DNA of 64,000 nucleotides from Gammaproteobacteria bacterium (lineage in GTDB: Bacteria; Pseudomonadota; Gammaproteobacteria; HK1). The stretch's first letter is position 1. Every line of letters begins with the position of its first letter. The DNA is taken from NCBI GenBank assembly GCA_965214795.1, contig OZ243976.1, positions 4,673,783 to 4,737,782 of the forward strand, read 5' to 3'. The translations under genes were made by a program, and so were the position numbers. A model generated the notes under the pieces. The model saw only the letters and a program-made list of their open reading frames with translations, was not told the DNA's origin and did no database searches. Below, one piece after another: positions 38,160-47,254 of the stretch.

Positions 38160-40280
38160 CTATTGTTCTGCGGGTTCGGTCGGCGTTCGCCAACGCCGGA
38201 AAACGGCAAGAGCCTGTCCGTCACGGGCCGGGATGGCCAGCGCCGCCAAAAGGCGGCTCGGATCGAGCCCGGAAGGGATCGCATTGAAATCGGCGAGGGT
38301 CACGCCGGCGGAACGGTATGCCGTCAGCGCCAATTCAACTGCGGCGCTCACGTCGCCATAGCGCAACATCGCGACGACCCGGCCAAGATGCGCGCAGGTC
38401 GCTGCGCTCTCGGTTTGAACGTCGCTCTCGCGGAGGATGCGACCGAACAGCCAGCGACTCGCGAGCGGGCGGAACAGCGCGTAGAGCGCCAGCATACCGT
38501 CAACCACGGGTGGAAGGCGGGTGAAGCTGCCCTGCATTTTCCTTGCCGCCTCTCGGTTTGCCTCGCCACTCCAGTCGAACAGGCAAAGGCGGTCGAGCCA
38601 GAGACATAATCGCTCTTCGTCCACATCTCCGGACAACCAGGCATGCACGTCATCGAGGTCCACGCGGACCGCGGCGTCAAACGGCGGCGGTGAGTTTGCT
38701 TCCCGAGACGCCTCCCAAACGCGCCGTTCCGCCGTCGCACACAGGTTCGCGGTCAACTCGGTATCGCTCCAGATACGGCGGGCGGGATGAGCCTCGGGGA
38801 ACTCGCAGCGTGCCCCCGTCCGCTCTCCCCGAACCCGAACGCCGATGCGGTACGCGATGAATTGTGGCGAGGTAGACGCTCCCACTAGAGAAGACATCGC
38901 CAGCGCCAAGCGAGCCTCCCGATCAGGTGGGTTATCTCGAAACAAATTGACTGCCCATTCACCCGGCAACAATCGAAATCGAACGTTCTGGCCTCGAAAC
39001 GTCCGATTTCGATCGACCTTGACAAGCGTATCGAACATTTCATCGACCAGCGCCCAAGCTTGTTCGGTGCGTCCTTCGCCCGGCTCCGAGGCCGCGAAGT
39101 CGACGAGTGCCTGTTCGAGCGGGCCGCGCAGACCGGAAAACTTCCATCGCTGGCGCACTTTTCGATCCGGTGGCAGCGCATCGCGAAGCTCCACAATCGT
39201 CCGAATCGCTCTTGTGGTTGCATTGTCCGGGTTCGTCTTCGGAACCGGGACCACGGTCGCCAACCGGGATTCGAATGTCTGCGCGCTTGTCGTATGCATA
39301 AGCAGGAAACGTCGAAACTCCGCCATACCCGCATCGACCCCGCGGCCCATGATTCCGACAGCGAACGCCGCCGAGGAAATCGCTCCCCTCGCTCCGAGCT
39401 CTGCCCTTCCGCGCAGGAACAACGACCTCAGCTCGGGCTCGGTCATCGGCTGATCCCAAATCGGGAGCCAGATCTCCGCCTCGATGTTGCCAGCTTCTTT
39501 CTCGGCTTTGGGAGGCATCGCCTCGGTAACGAACGGGAAGGCGCCCTTGGGCTGCCGACGGCTGCCGAGCTGCCGAGACGAACCGCCCGCGAAGTAAGGC
39601 AAGCCCTCACACGCCAGCACCATAGCCCAGGGTGTTACTTCGCCCTCACGATATGGTTGTTTCTTGCCACGCGGCGAACGTGGTGGTGCGCTTGGGTTGC
39701 CGTGATTGTAAATCTTGTTGGCTGCACCGAACCATGATCCTGCCTGGAAGGAATCCAGATACGTACAGGCTCCGCCCGAAAGAAATGCCTTGAGGTCGTT
39801 GTTGAGCACGTCACGGCTCTGGTTCCGTGGCTCCTTGATTACTTGGACAGCGTCCTTCCAGCCCTTGACGAAGTCCCGTTTCCCCGCGTTCCCTCCAGTG
39901 CCCAACAGAGGATTCATCCTGATCCGGCCGTCAAGCGCCAGATGCGCACCAAAGGCAGACAGTGATCGTTCCTCTGCTTCCAGGGCACGCCAACGCGCCG
40001 TCTGTGTCGACGTCTTCTTGGCGGCATCTGCCTTCTTGTTCTTGTCCCATGGTCTGTCGTATAAGCTCCATTTGCTTTCTTTGCCGATCTCGCTCACGAA
40101 CGAAACGACCTCTGCCATCGTGGCGGGGCCGCCGACAAGGCAGAAGCGGGCGTTGCGCCAACACGCTCGGACGCGAGGCCATTGCCGGGTAGCAAGCGAG
40201 AACAACCCAAGAGAAGCGAGATAAGCGCCGAGCGAATCCGCGTTCAGTCCGTTGAGCGGCACGACGGGAAGAGTGCTCAC
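38160..40280 (-). CDS. csx17: Type I-G (I-U) large subunit Csx17 (Cas8u2)
   Basis: ORF 38160..40436. The likely GTG start at 40280-40278 overlaps the cas3 stop (GTGA). VSTLPVVPLNGLNADSLGAYLASLGLFSL... The size (706 aa) and N-terminal pattern fit Csx17. Confidence 0.8.
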   Translation of the reverse strand: MSTLPVVPLNGLNADSLGAYLASLGLFSLATRQWPRVRACWRNARFCLVGGPATMAEVVSFVSEIGKESKWSLYDRPWDKNKKADAAKKTSTQTARWRALEAEERSLSAFGAHLALDGRIRMNPLLGTGGNAGKRDFVKGWKDAVQVIKEPRNQSRDVLNNDLKAFLSGGACTYLDSFQAGSWFGAANKIYNHGNPSAPPRSPRGKKQPYREGEVTPWAMVLACEGLPYFAGGSSRQLGSRRQPKGAFPFVTEAMPPKAEKEAGNIEAEIWLPIWDQPMTEPELRSLFLRGRAELGARGAISSAAFAVGIMGRGVDAGMAEFRRFLLMHTTSAQTFESRLATVVPVPKTNPDNATTRAIRTIVELRDALPPDRKVRQRWKFSGLRGPLEQALVDFAASEPGEGRTEQAWALVDEMFDTLVKVDRNRTFRGQNVRFRLLPGEWAVNLFRDNPPDREARLALAMSSLVGASTSPQFIAYRIGVRVRGERTGARCEFPEAHPARRIWSDTELTANLCATAERRVWEASREANSPPPFDAAVRVDLDDVHAWLSGDVDEERLCLWLDRLCLFDWSGEANREAARKMQGSFTRLPPVVDGMLALYALFRPLASRWLFGRILRESDVQTESAATCAHLGRVVAMLRYGDVSAAVELALTAYRSAGVTLADFNAIPSGLDPSRLLAALAIPARDGQALAVFRRWRTPTEPAEQ

Positions 40281-41791
40281 GAGTCTATTTCCCTCTTCGC
40301 GCTGGGTGCCTTGCTGGCCCGTTCGTCGGCCGAGCGCACCAGCGTTTCGAGGTAAGCCAGCGTGAACGGTCCGAGATTGCGCGGCTCGCCGTCCGGGACC
40401 GCGCCGCCGACACCCGGTTCCGCATCGGGCTCCCACGCACCGAGCAGGTCGGCGACCAGCCCGGTCCAGCCGGGCGCCTCAAAGATGAACTCCTGCCCAT
40501 CTTCCGAGAAGCGGCCCGACGCGCCATCGACCGCGCACGCGAAGTCCAGTGGCATTTCGTTCCACGGCAGCGATGCCGCGATCTTCGGTACGCCGCACAC
40601 ATCCTCGCCAGAGTCGGTCCGGGACGTGAGCACCGTCCGTACCTTGCCGTGGTGCGCGGCGGAGAGATAGATCGACAGGGCGGCAAAGCCGTTGTTCGCC
40701 CCTCGATAGTAGCTGTGCCACAGCGCCAATGCCGTCGCCGCCTCATGGCGAAGACCGGGACGGAAAGGGACATTCCACGCGCGCACGACACCCGGCACCG
40801 TGCGGATGCGTTCGAGGGTCGCGCGAGACACCTTCGAGTCCGTGTGCCAAGTGAACCGGGTGGGGGCGGTCGCGACCTCCCGTCCCGACGGCTCGGCTTG
40901 GCGATGCCGCACGCCGGTCGTTCGAAGAATGGTCTCGGTCTCCTGTGCTGCCGTGGGGCACTCCGCGATGGCCGCGAACTGATACGGTGCCTTCGCCCAT
41001 ATGTCCGACTGCGGCGGCGGCTTGGGTAGCTTGCTTTGCCACTGCGCGAGCGCCTTGCCGATGTCGTGTTCCGATGATGCGTGGACGACCGCCGAACCAA
41101 TATCGTTGTCGAGGTTCAGCGCCCGGACAATGCCCTTCGCCTCGCGCTCGGTGTCTCTCAGATGATCCGTCAACGTGACCCATATTCCACTCTCACTGTA
41201 TCGGTCATCCTCGAACTTCTCGTACGGTTCGCCCGGTGGCCGCACATTGTCCAGCTTGTCGCTCTTGCTCCCCGTCCAACCCAGCTCGCGGGAGTATCCC
41301 CCGTCGTTGCGCCGCAGCATCACCGACATGCCGGGCCGGACGTCTCGAGCGCGAACTGCCGTCCATGCCTCGCGCTTGTCGTCCCAAATCCATGCGTTCC
41401 TCTTTTCCAGGAAGTCCCGTAGTCTGCCGACGGCCACGGCGCATCCTTCGCCATGAGCAAACGCCGGCCCGGTCAATCCCTCCGTACGTCGCAACTCGGC
41501 ATCGGAATGCCACTCGCGCCAGAAGACCGTCACGTCCGCGTTCTCGTCCTGACTTCGGACGAACGGGCTCACGTCGGTGAAGCCCCCGAAGACATCCGGC
41601 TCGGTCGAAAAGAGTCCATGCACGTCGATGGCCCTCGGACATGGTTCCGGCTCGGGAGCCAGCGCCCTCTCGACCAAGGCCTTGATTTCCTCCCGTGCGC
41701 TCAATCTCGCCAGGGCGTTCTTCGCGGGCAGCGTGTCATCGGACTCGCACACCGCGATCAACTCGTTGACGAGCTTGCGCCCATACTTCAC
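40277..41791 (-). CDS. cas3: Cas3 C-terminal half only (linker plus HD nuclease); helicase half absent
   Basis: 504 aa. HD-domain motifs HASSEHDIGKA, RPGLRHEAATALAL, LSAAHHGKVR. No Walker A/B or DEAD/DExH motif is present here or in the next 8 kb. The frame stays open for 32 codons above the GTG at 41791, to a TAA at 41890-41888. Confidence 0.75.
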   Translation of the reverse strand: MKYGRKLVNELIAVCESDDTLPAKNALARLSAREEIKALVERALAPEPEPCPRAIDVHGLFSTEPDVFGGFTDVSPFVRSQDENADVTVFWREWHSDAELRRTEGLTGPAFAHGEGCAVAVGRLRDFLEKRNAWIWDDKREAWTAVRARDVRPGMSVMLRRNDGGYSRELGWTGSKSDKLDNVRPPGEPYEKFEDDRYSESGIWVTLTDHLRDTEREAKGIVRALNLDNDIGSAVVHASSEHDIGKALAQWQSKLPKPPPQSDIWAKAPYQFAAIAECPTAAQETETILRTTGVRHRQAEPSGREVATAPTRFTWHTDSKVSRATLERIRTVPGVVRAWNVPFRPGLRHEAATALALWHSYYRGANNGFAALSIYLSAAHHGKVRTVLTSRTDSGEDVCGVPKIAASLPWNEMPLDFACAVDGASGRFSEDGQEFIFEAPGWTGLVADLLGAWEPDAEPGVGGAVPDGEPRNLGPFTLAYLETLVRSADERASKAPSAKREIDS

Positions 41792-42483
41792 CGCCTCGGC
41801 TTCATAGGGACCGATGAACCGTGCGTTCCGCTTCGGCTTCTCCGGTCCTTCATCACTTCGCTTGAAGGGCGAACCCGTTGTACGGCCTTACGGCCGTTAG
41901 TTGGTCACACCATACGCAGCGTGCTGCCTGTCGTGCCGTGTCTGCGACCCGGTGCGCTCCCTTGCCGAACGGCTGCCATGTAGCGTCACCCCGGCCATGG
42001 AAAAGGCGCCGCCGTTTTGGGACCCCGCCGTATGCCGGCCGTATATCTGTCCACTTCGGGCCGTGATTTCAATGGGTTGAAGCGCAGCCGGTCGCGTCGG
42101 TTCGGCCAATCCCACGGGAATCACCGGATAGGCTCTTTCCTACAGGCATCCCGGTCGTTCGCGTGCTTCCGCTGATCGGTGGCGCCTTTTCCACGATAGC
42201 CCCGGCGTCCCAAGGACGCGCTCCGAACACCCAAGCGCGGCCATACCTGCGCCCGTTGTTGAACGCCGCCGCGTGCGCGTCGGCGTGCGCGGGGATGCGG
42301 AGCATACGATGAGCATACGCGCCAGATTCCCTCGCATCCCGCCGTATGCCGTGAGCATACACAGCGACGGGCACGCGCACGGGCATGATCGCGCCGGGCC
42401 GGAAGGCGCGGCGGCGGGATGGCGTGCAGGGAGGTTTTCGTGTCCCCGCGGGCCGTGTCGATGGCCGGAAGGAGGGCGGGGAG

Positions 42484-43735
42484 CTACAGGCCGAGGTCGA
42501 TCTCGACGGACTTCTGTTTCGGTTCTGCGGCCTTTTCGTACTCGGATCCGCGGACGGGACCGCCGATCCGGCTCGGATCCTCGCCGGGTTCGCGATCCTT
42601 GTCGCCCGATTCCGCGCCCGTTCGTTTGCGTTCGGCGCTCCGCTCCCGCGATATCCGGTCGCGTTCCTGGCCGGTTTCACGGTCGATTCGATACCCGCGC
42701 TGGTGCTCGCGATGGGTCTGACGATCCGGTTCGATGCCGCGATCCATCGTGTCCAACACGCGTGCCACGCGATCACCGCCGCGCTCCTGCGGCTTCTCGA
42801 CTCCGAAGACCGCCTCGTGCGCGGCCTGTCTCGCGGTCGCGTCGAGCGCCGCGACCCGCTCGCCCGTCGCCCGTTCCAACTGGTCGGCGAGCTTCCAGGC
42901 ATCGTCGGTGAGCAGATCGGCCCGGTCGCGCGCACGGCTGATGGCCACATAGAACGCCTGTTGATTGGTCAACCGGGCATTGCCGGTGGGCATCGCGGCG
43001 ATGATGCGGTCCACCGTCCGGCCCTGGAAGGCATGGACGGTGGCCACGAAGGCGCGGTCGATGTGCCGGAGTTGGGGATCGCCGTTGCTGAGTTTCATCA
43101 GAGAACCGTCCTCGAGACGGAAGCGGACGCCGGCCTTCTCGGTGGAATTGACCGTCGCGGTCTCGCCGTTGGCAAGGCCCGTGGCGGGATCGTTGCGCGT
43201 CCAGCGCACCCGATCGCCGGCGCGGAGTTCCATTCCCTCGGACCTGTAGACCTCGACGCCGCCCTTGGCACCCGCGATCAGGTACGGCTTCCACAAGGTC
43301 TCGCTGCCCCGCTCGTCCTTGAGGACGACTGAATGCCCGTTGTGTTCGAGCCGCGCGACCGTCCGTTCGTCGCCCTTCCCGACCCCGAGCGTCTTGTATT
43401 GCCGGGTGAAGATCACCGTGTCGCCGGCCGCGTAGTTCGACGCGCGGGCCATCTGCGCCCGGGTCAGGTCGCGGGGGACCAGTTTCTCGCCCCGGCGCGC
43501 CGGTCCGGCGACAGGTTCAGCCAGAGGAGCGCGGTCTCGACACCGAGATCGTTCCGCTCCACCTGCGTCACCCGCTCGCCGAGCCTGGCAAATGCGGTCT
43601 TCACGTCGCCTGCGAGACCGGCGCGTACCGCCTCCTTCAGCGCCGCGTCGCGCTGGCGATGGTCCGCTCCGCACCCTGGCCCGCGCGCATCAGCGCGATG
43701 GTCTCGGACTCGCGCGCGATTGAGTCGGAGAAGGC
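42484..43735 (-). pseudogene. Conjugative relaxase (TraI/TraA-type) helicase-domain remnant A, internally deleted and frameshifted
   Basis: ORF 42484..43674 carries the C-terminal part ...VEVYRSEGMELRAGDRVRWTRNDPATGLANGE...VHAFQGRTVDRIIAAM...AFYVAISRARDRA. An upstream piece in another frame (FSDSIARESETIALMRAGQ) parallels [16 protein letters not shown] of remnant B. The P-loop segment between the two pieces is missing. Confidence 0.7.
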
Positions 43736-44809
43736 GGGCGCAAGGCGCCCAACAAGCGGGTCGTCGTCGGACGCTACGGTCGCGTCACCCCCGATCAGGC
43801 ACAGCGCCGCGCACAGGAACTGCTCGGCCGCGTCGCCGGCGGCGACGATCCCGCAGGCAAGCGCGCCGACGCTCGCGCCCTGCCCACATTGGGAGAGGCC
43901 TGCGACGACTACATCGAGACCGGCCGCCGCCTGGCCGACATGACGCAGCGTTCCTATCGCCGTTATTCCAACCTCTATCTCGGCGACTGGCGATCGCGTC
44001 CGCTCGATGCGATCACCCGGCGCGATGTCGAGGCCCGCTTCCAGCTCATCACCGAGCGCCACGGCCCGGTCCCGGCCAATCAGTGCCTGTCCTTCCTGCG
44101 CTCGGTCTACCGCCGGCCCTGCGTGGATCAAGAAGGTCTGCGCAATCCGGTCAAACTGTGGCGGGCGGGCGGCGGGCGCTACCACGCCAAGAGAAGGAAG
44201 CGGATTTCCTCGCTGGCCGAGGTTCTGCCGAAATGGCGCGCAGGGATCGAGGCGGTGGTGCGCAACCCGGTGCACCGGGACGTGTTTCTGTTCGGCCTCT
44301 ACACCGGCATGCGCCGGGGCGAGATATTTACCCTGCGCTGGGAGCGGGTGGACATGGAGGCGGGGCTGTTCCGGGTCGAGGAGACCAAGACGGGGGTGCC
44401 GCTGGAGCTGCCGGTCACGCGTCAGCTCGGGGAGATCCTCGCGCGTCGCCGGGCCGGCGGCGAGGTCATGTACGCGGACTTGCGGGACTGGGTGTTTCCG
44501 TCGCTCACCAGCAAGTCGGGCCATGTCGAGGAGCCTCGCGCGCATTACGCCGGCATCACGAAGGTCGGCGGCGCGAAGTTCTGGTTCCATGCGCTGCGCA
44601 ACGCGTTTATCACGGTGGCGGAGCGCGAGCTCATGCTGCCGCGCTCGCTGATCAAGCGGCTCGTCGACCATGCCCGGCCGCAGGACGTGACCGAGGGCTA
44701 CGCCGCCGACTGGACCGTCGAGCAGTTGCGCGAGCCGGCGCAGCGAGTGGCCGACCGGATCGACGCACTGATGAACACCAATACGCGCCCGGAAAGGGCC
44801 GCAGCGTAG
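43724..44809 (+). pseudogene. Tyrosine recombinase (P4/DUF4102-type integrase) lacking its first ~30-40 codons
   Basis: The open frame starts right after TGA 43721-43723: ...KRVVVGRYGRVTPDQAQRRAQELLGRVAGGDDPAGKR...LGDWRSRPLDAIT. Catalytic region FGLYTGMRRGEIFTLRW, FHALRNAF, GY. The first in-frame start codon is TTG at 43889. Confidence 0.8.
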
Positions 44810-44896
44810 AGCGCGCCGACTTCGCCCGGTTTGGAGGGCCGTCGCCGCGCGACAGGCGCTTACGGCCGGCACTGTCGATGCGGTATCGTGGCGCAC

Positions 44897-45934
44897 ATGC
44901 CCGATCTCCACGACTCCTCGTTCAAGCTGTGGTTCGATCACGTCGAGATGGTCCGCGATCTGTTGCGCGGCTTCGTGCCCGAGGACGTGGTCGAGGCGTT
45001 CGACTTCGACACCCTGGAACAGCTCCCCGCCGAGTACATCGGCGACGACCTGCGCCAGAGCCGTGGCGACATGGTCTGGCGCGTGCGCTTCCGTGGCGAG
45101 GCGGCGGGAGAATGGCTCTATCTCTTGGTGCTGCTGGAGTTCCAGTCCACGGTGGACCGGCACATGGCGGCGCGGGTGCTCGCCTATACCGCGCAGACCT
45201 TCATCAAGCTGATCCGCAACGAGGCGTTGCCGGCGGACGGCAGGCTGCCGCCGGTGCTGCCGGTGGTCATCTACAACGGGCGCACGCGCTGGTCGGCGCC
45301 GGAAGAGATGGGCGAGGCGATCGCGACAGTGGGCGACGGGCTGGCGCCGTTCCAGCCGCGGCAACGCTACCTGCTGCTTGACCAGCACGCGATGAGAGTG
45401 GACGATCTGCCTCCCGGCAACGTGGTTTCGGCGCAGATCGAACTGGAACAGGGTTCGGTGTCGGCGATGGCGTCGGTGTTGCGGAAGCTGGGCGAGCTTC
45501 TGAACGAGCCGCGGCACGGCAGTCTGCGGCAGGCGTTCGCGGAGTGGGCGCGGCGGGTGGTGGAGGGGAGCCGTCTGGCGGCGTCGCAGCCGGAGTTGGT
45601 GGAAACGTTGAGGGCGTTGGAGGAAACGGGGGATTTGAAGGCCATGGGATCGCTGTTGGCTGAACGGATCGACGAGTTCGCCGATGAGCGCCTTGCCAAG
45701 GGTCTGGCCGAGGGTCTGGCGCGGGGCAAAGCAGAGGGCCTCGATCAGGAACGGGCGTTGTTGTCGCGCCTGACGGCACGGAAGTTCGATGCGGCGACGG
45801 CGGCGCGTCTGGCGGCGTTGCTGGAGGGCGTGGAGGACCCCGAACGTCTGGCCGAGGTCGGCGAGCAGGTGATCGACTGCGCCACCGCGGCCGAGTTGCT
45901 GGCCCGCGTGGAGCGTGCCGCCGGGCGGGATTGA
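44897..45934 (+). CDS. Rpn-family recombination-promoting nuclease / putative transposase (PDDEXK_2, YhgA-like)
   Basis: MPDLHDSSFKLWFDHVEMVRDLLRGF...GDMVWRVRF...WLYLLVLLEFQSTVDRHMAARVLAY...PVLPVVIYNG. Confidence 0.85.
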   Translation: MPDLHDSSFKLWFDHVEMVRDLLRGFVPEDVVEAFDFDTLEQLPAEYIGDDLRQSRGDMVWRVRFRGEAAGEWLYLLVLLEFQSTVDRHMAARVLAYTAQTFIKLIRNEALPADGRLPPVLPVVIYNGRTRWSAPEEMGEAIATVGDGLAPFQPRQRYLLLDQHAMRVDDLPPGNVVSAQIELEQGSVSAMASVLRKLGELLNEPRHGSLRQAFAEWARRVVEGSRLAASQPELVETLRALEETGDLKAMGSLLAERIDEFADERLAKGLAEGLARGKAEGLDQERALLSRLTARKFDAATAARLAALLEGVEDPERLAEVGEQVIDCATAAELLARVERAAGRD

Positions 45935-46106
45935 CGTGATCGCGCAAGGCCGAGGCGCCGACGCCTCGTAGAAATGCGGCGCCGCGCCAGGGGCGCGGTT
46001 GCCGCAGCACAGGACGTCGAAGTCGCCATCGGTGCGATCCTCGGAGACAAAAGGGTGCGCCGACCGTTCCGCTCGTCATGCGGGGATTTTGTGCGCCGAA
46101 CGCGTA

Positions 46107-47254
46107 GTGTCATGTCCCTTAAATACGCGCAGATGGACGTTCCAGCCTGTCGAAGATCGACTCCGCCGTCGCGGCCCAGATGAAGGGGGAGGCGGAGGCA
46201 TTGTACTGTGCGATGAAGGCCTCGATCGTGTGGACGAGCTGGGCCACGCTGTGGAACGAGCCGCGCTGGATGGCCCGCTGGCTGATGAGGCCAAACCAGC
46301 GTTCCACCTGGTTGAGCCATGAGGCGGAAGTGGGGGTGAAGTGAAGATGGTAGCGCGGTCTTTTGGCGAGCCAAGCGCACACCTTGGGATGCTTGTGGGT
46401 CGCATAGTTGTCCACCACGAGATGAAGGTCGAGCTCCGGTGGAGTCTCCTTGTCAATGAGCCGCAGGAAGGCGAGAAACTCCTGATGGCGATGACGCTTG
46501 CAGCATTTGCCGAGCACCTTGCCGGTGGCCACATCCAGGGCGGCGAACAGCGTCGTGGTCCCATGACGGATGGAATCATGGGTATAGCCTTCGACGTAGC
46601 CCAGTCCCATCGGCAGCGTGGGCTGCGTACGATTGAGCGCCTGTATCTGGCTCTTCTCATCGACGCACAACACCATCGCGTTGTCCGGCGGATTGAGGTA
46701 AAGACCGGTGATATCACGAACCTTCTCGATGAAAAAGGGGTCGCTGGACAGCTTGCAGGTGTCGCTCAGATGCGGCTTGACCCCGAACAGGGAAAACCAG
46801 CGTTGCACGGTGCTCTTCGACACGCCCTCGGCCTGCGCCATCAGGCGCACGCTCCAAGCGCTGGCGTTGTCGGGCTTGTCCTGCAAGGCGCGGTTGATCA
46901 GCTCCGCGACCTTCTCGTCCCCATAGGTGCGAGGCCGTCCTGGGCGCAGCTCATCATGCAGTCCCGGAACGCCCCGCTCGAGGAACCGGCGTCGCCATTT
47001 GCCGACCGCCGAGAGCGAGACATCAAGGCGTTGAGCGACACCGGTATTGGTCAGGCCCTGCCCACAGGCGAGGATGATGCGGGCGCGCTGGACCAACCCG
47101 TAGGGCATTGAGGTGGACTGGGAGAGGGCGAGCAATTGTTCGCGTTGGTCGTCGGTGAGAATCAGCGGGGGAAGTTGGCGTCCGCGCGGCATGGGGGCCT
47201 CCGGGGGCTGGATGAGGCCGATATCATATTCCGCGTATTTGAGGGACGAAACAC
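46107..47254 (-). mobile_element. IS630-family insertion sequence (1148 bp)
   Basis: Imperfect terminal inverted repeats GTGTCATGTCCCTTAAATACGCG (left) and GTGTTTCGTCCCTCAAATACGCG (reverse complement of the right end). Flanked by the TA dinucleotide on both sides (46105-46106 and 47255-47256), as expected for IS630/Tc1. Confidence 0.85.
46119..47192 (-). CDS. IS630-family DDE transposase
   Basis: The internal start [20 protein letters not shown] is ATG 47192-47190. HTH regions, then [13 protein letters not shown]...[13 protein letters not shown]...WLNQVERWF. Confidence 0.88.
   Translation of the reverse strand: MPRGRQLPPLILTDDQREQLLALSQSTSMPYGLVQRARIILACGQGLTNTGVAQRLDVSLSAVGKWRRRFLERGVPGLHDELRPGRPRTYGDEKVAELINRALQDKPDNASAWSVRLMAQAEGVSKSTVQRWFSLFGVKPHLSDTCKLSSDPFFIEKVRDITGLYLNPPDNAMVLCVDEKSQIQALNRTQPTLPMGLGYVEGYTHDSIRHGTTTLFAALDVATGKVLGKCCKRHRHQEFLAFLRLIDKETPPELDLHLVVDNYATHKHPKVCAWLAKRPRYHLHFTPTSASWLNQVERWFGLISQRAIQRGSFHSVAQLVHTIEAFIAQYNASASPFIWAATAESIFDRLERPSARI

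Noticed and set aside
42055-42100. A possible lone CRISPR repeat: the minus strand reads ...GCTTCAACCCATTGAAATCAC, ending like the ATTGAAAC repeats
   Set aside because: There is a single occurrence, no second copy at spacer distance, no internal palindrome, and it is on the wrong side of the cas operon. This is insufficient to call a CRISPR.
43637-45517. 626-aa minus-strand ORF
   Set aside because: Most of it is antisense to the integrase and Rpn genes, which have clear motifs. Only its last ~30 codons (FSDSIARESETIALMRAGQ) are meaningful, as part of relaxase remnant A.
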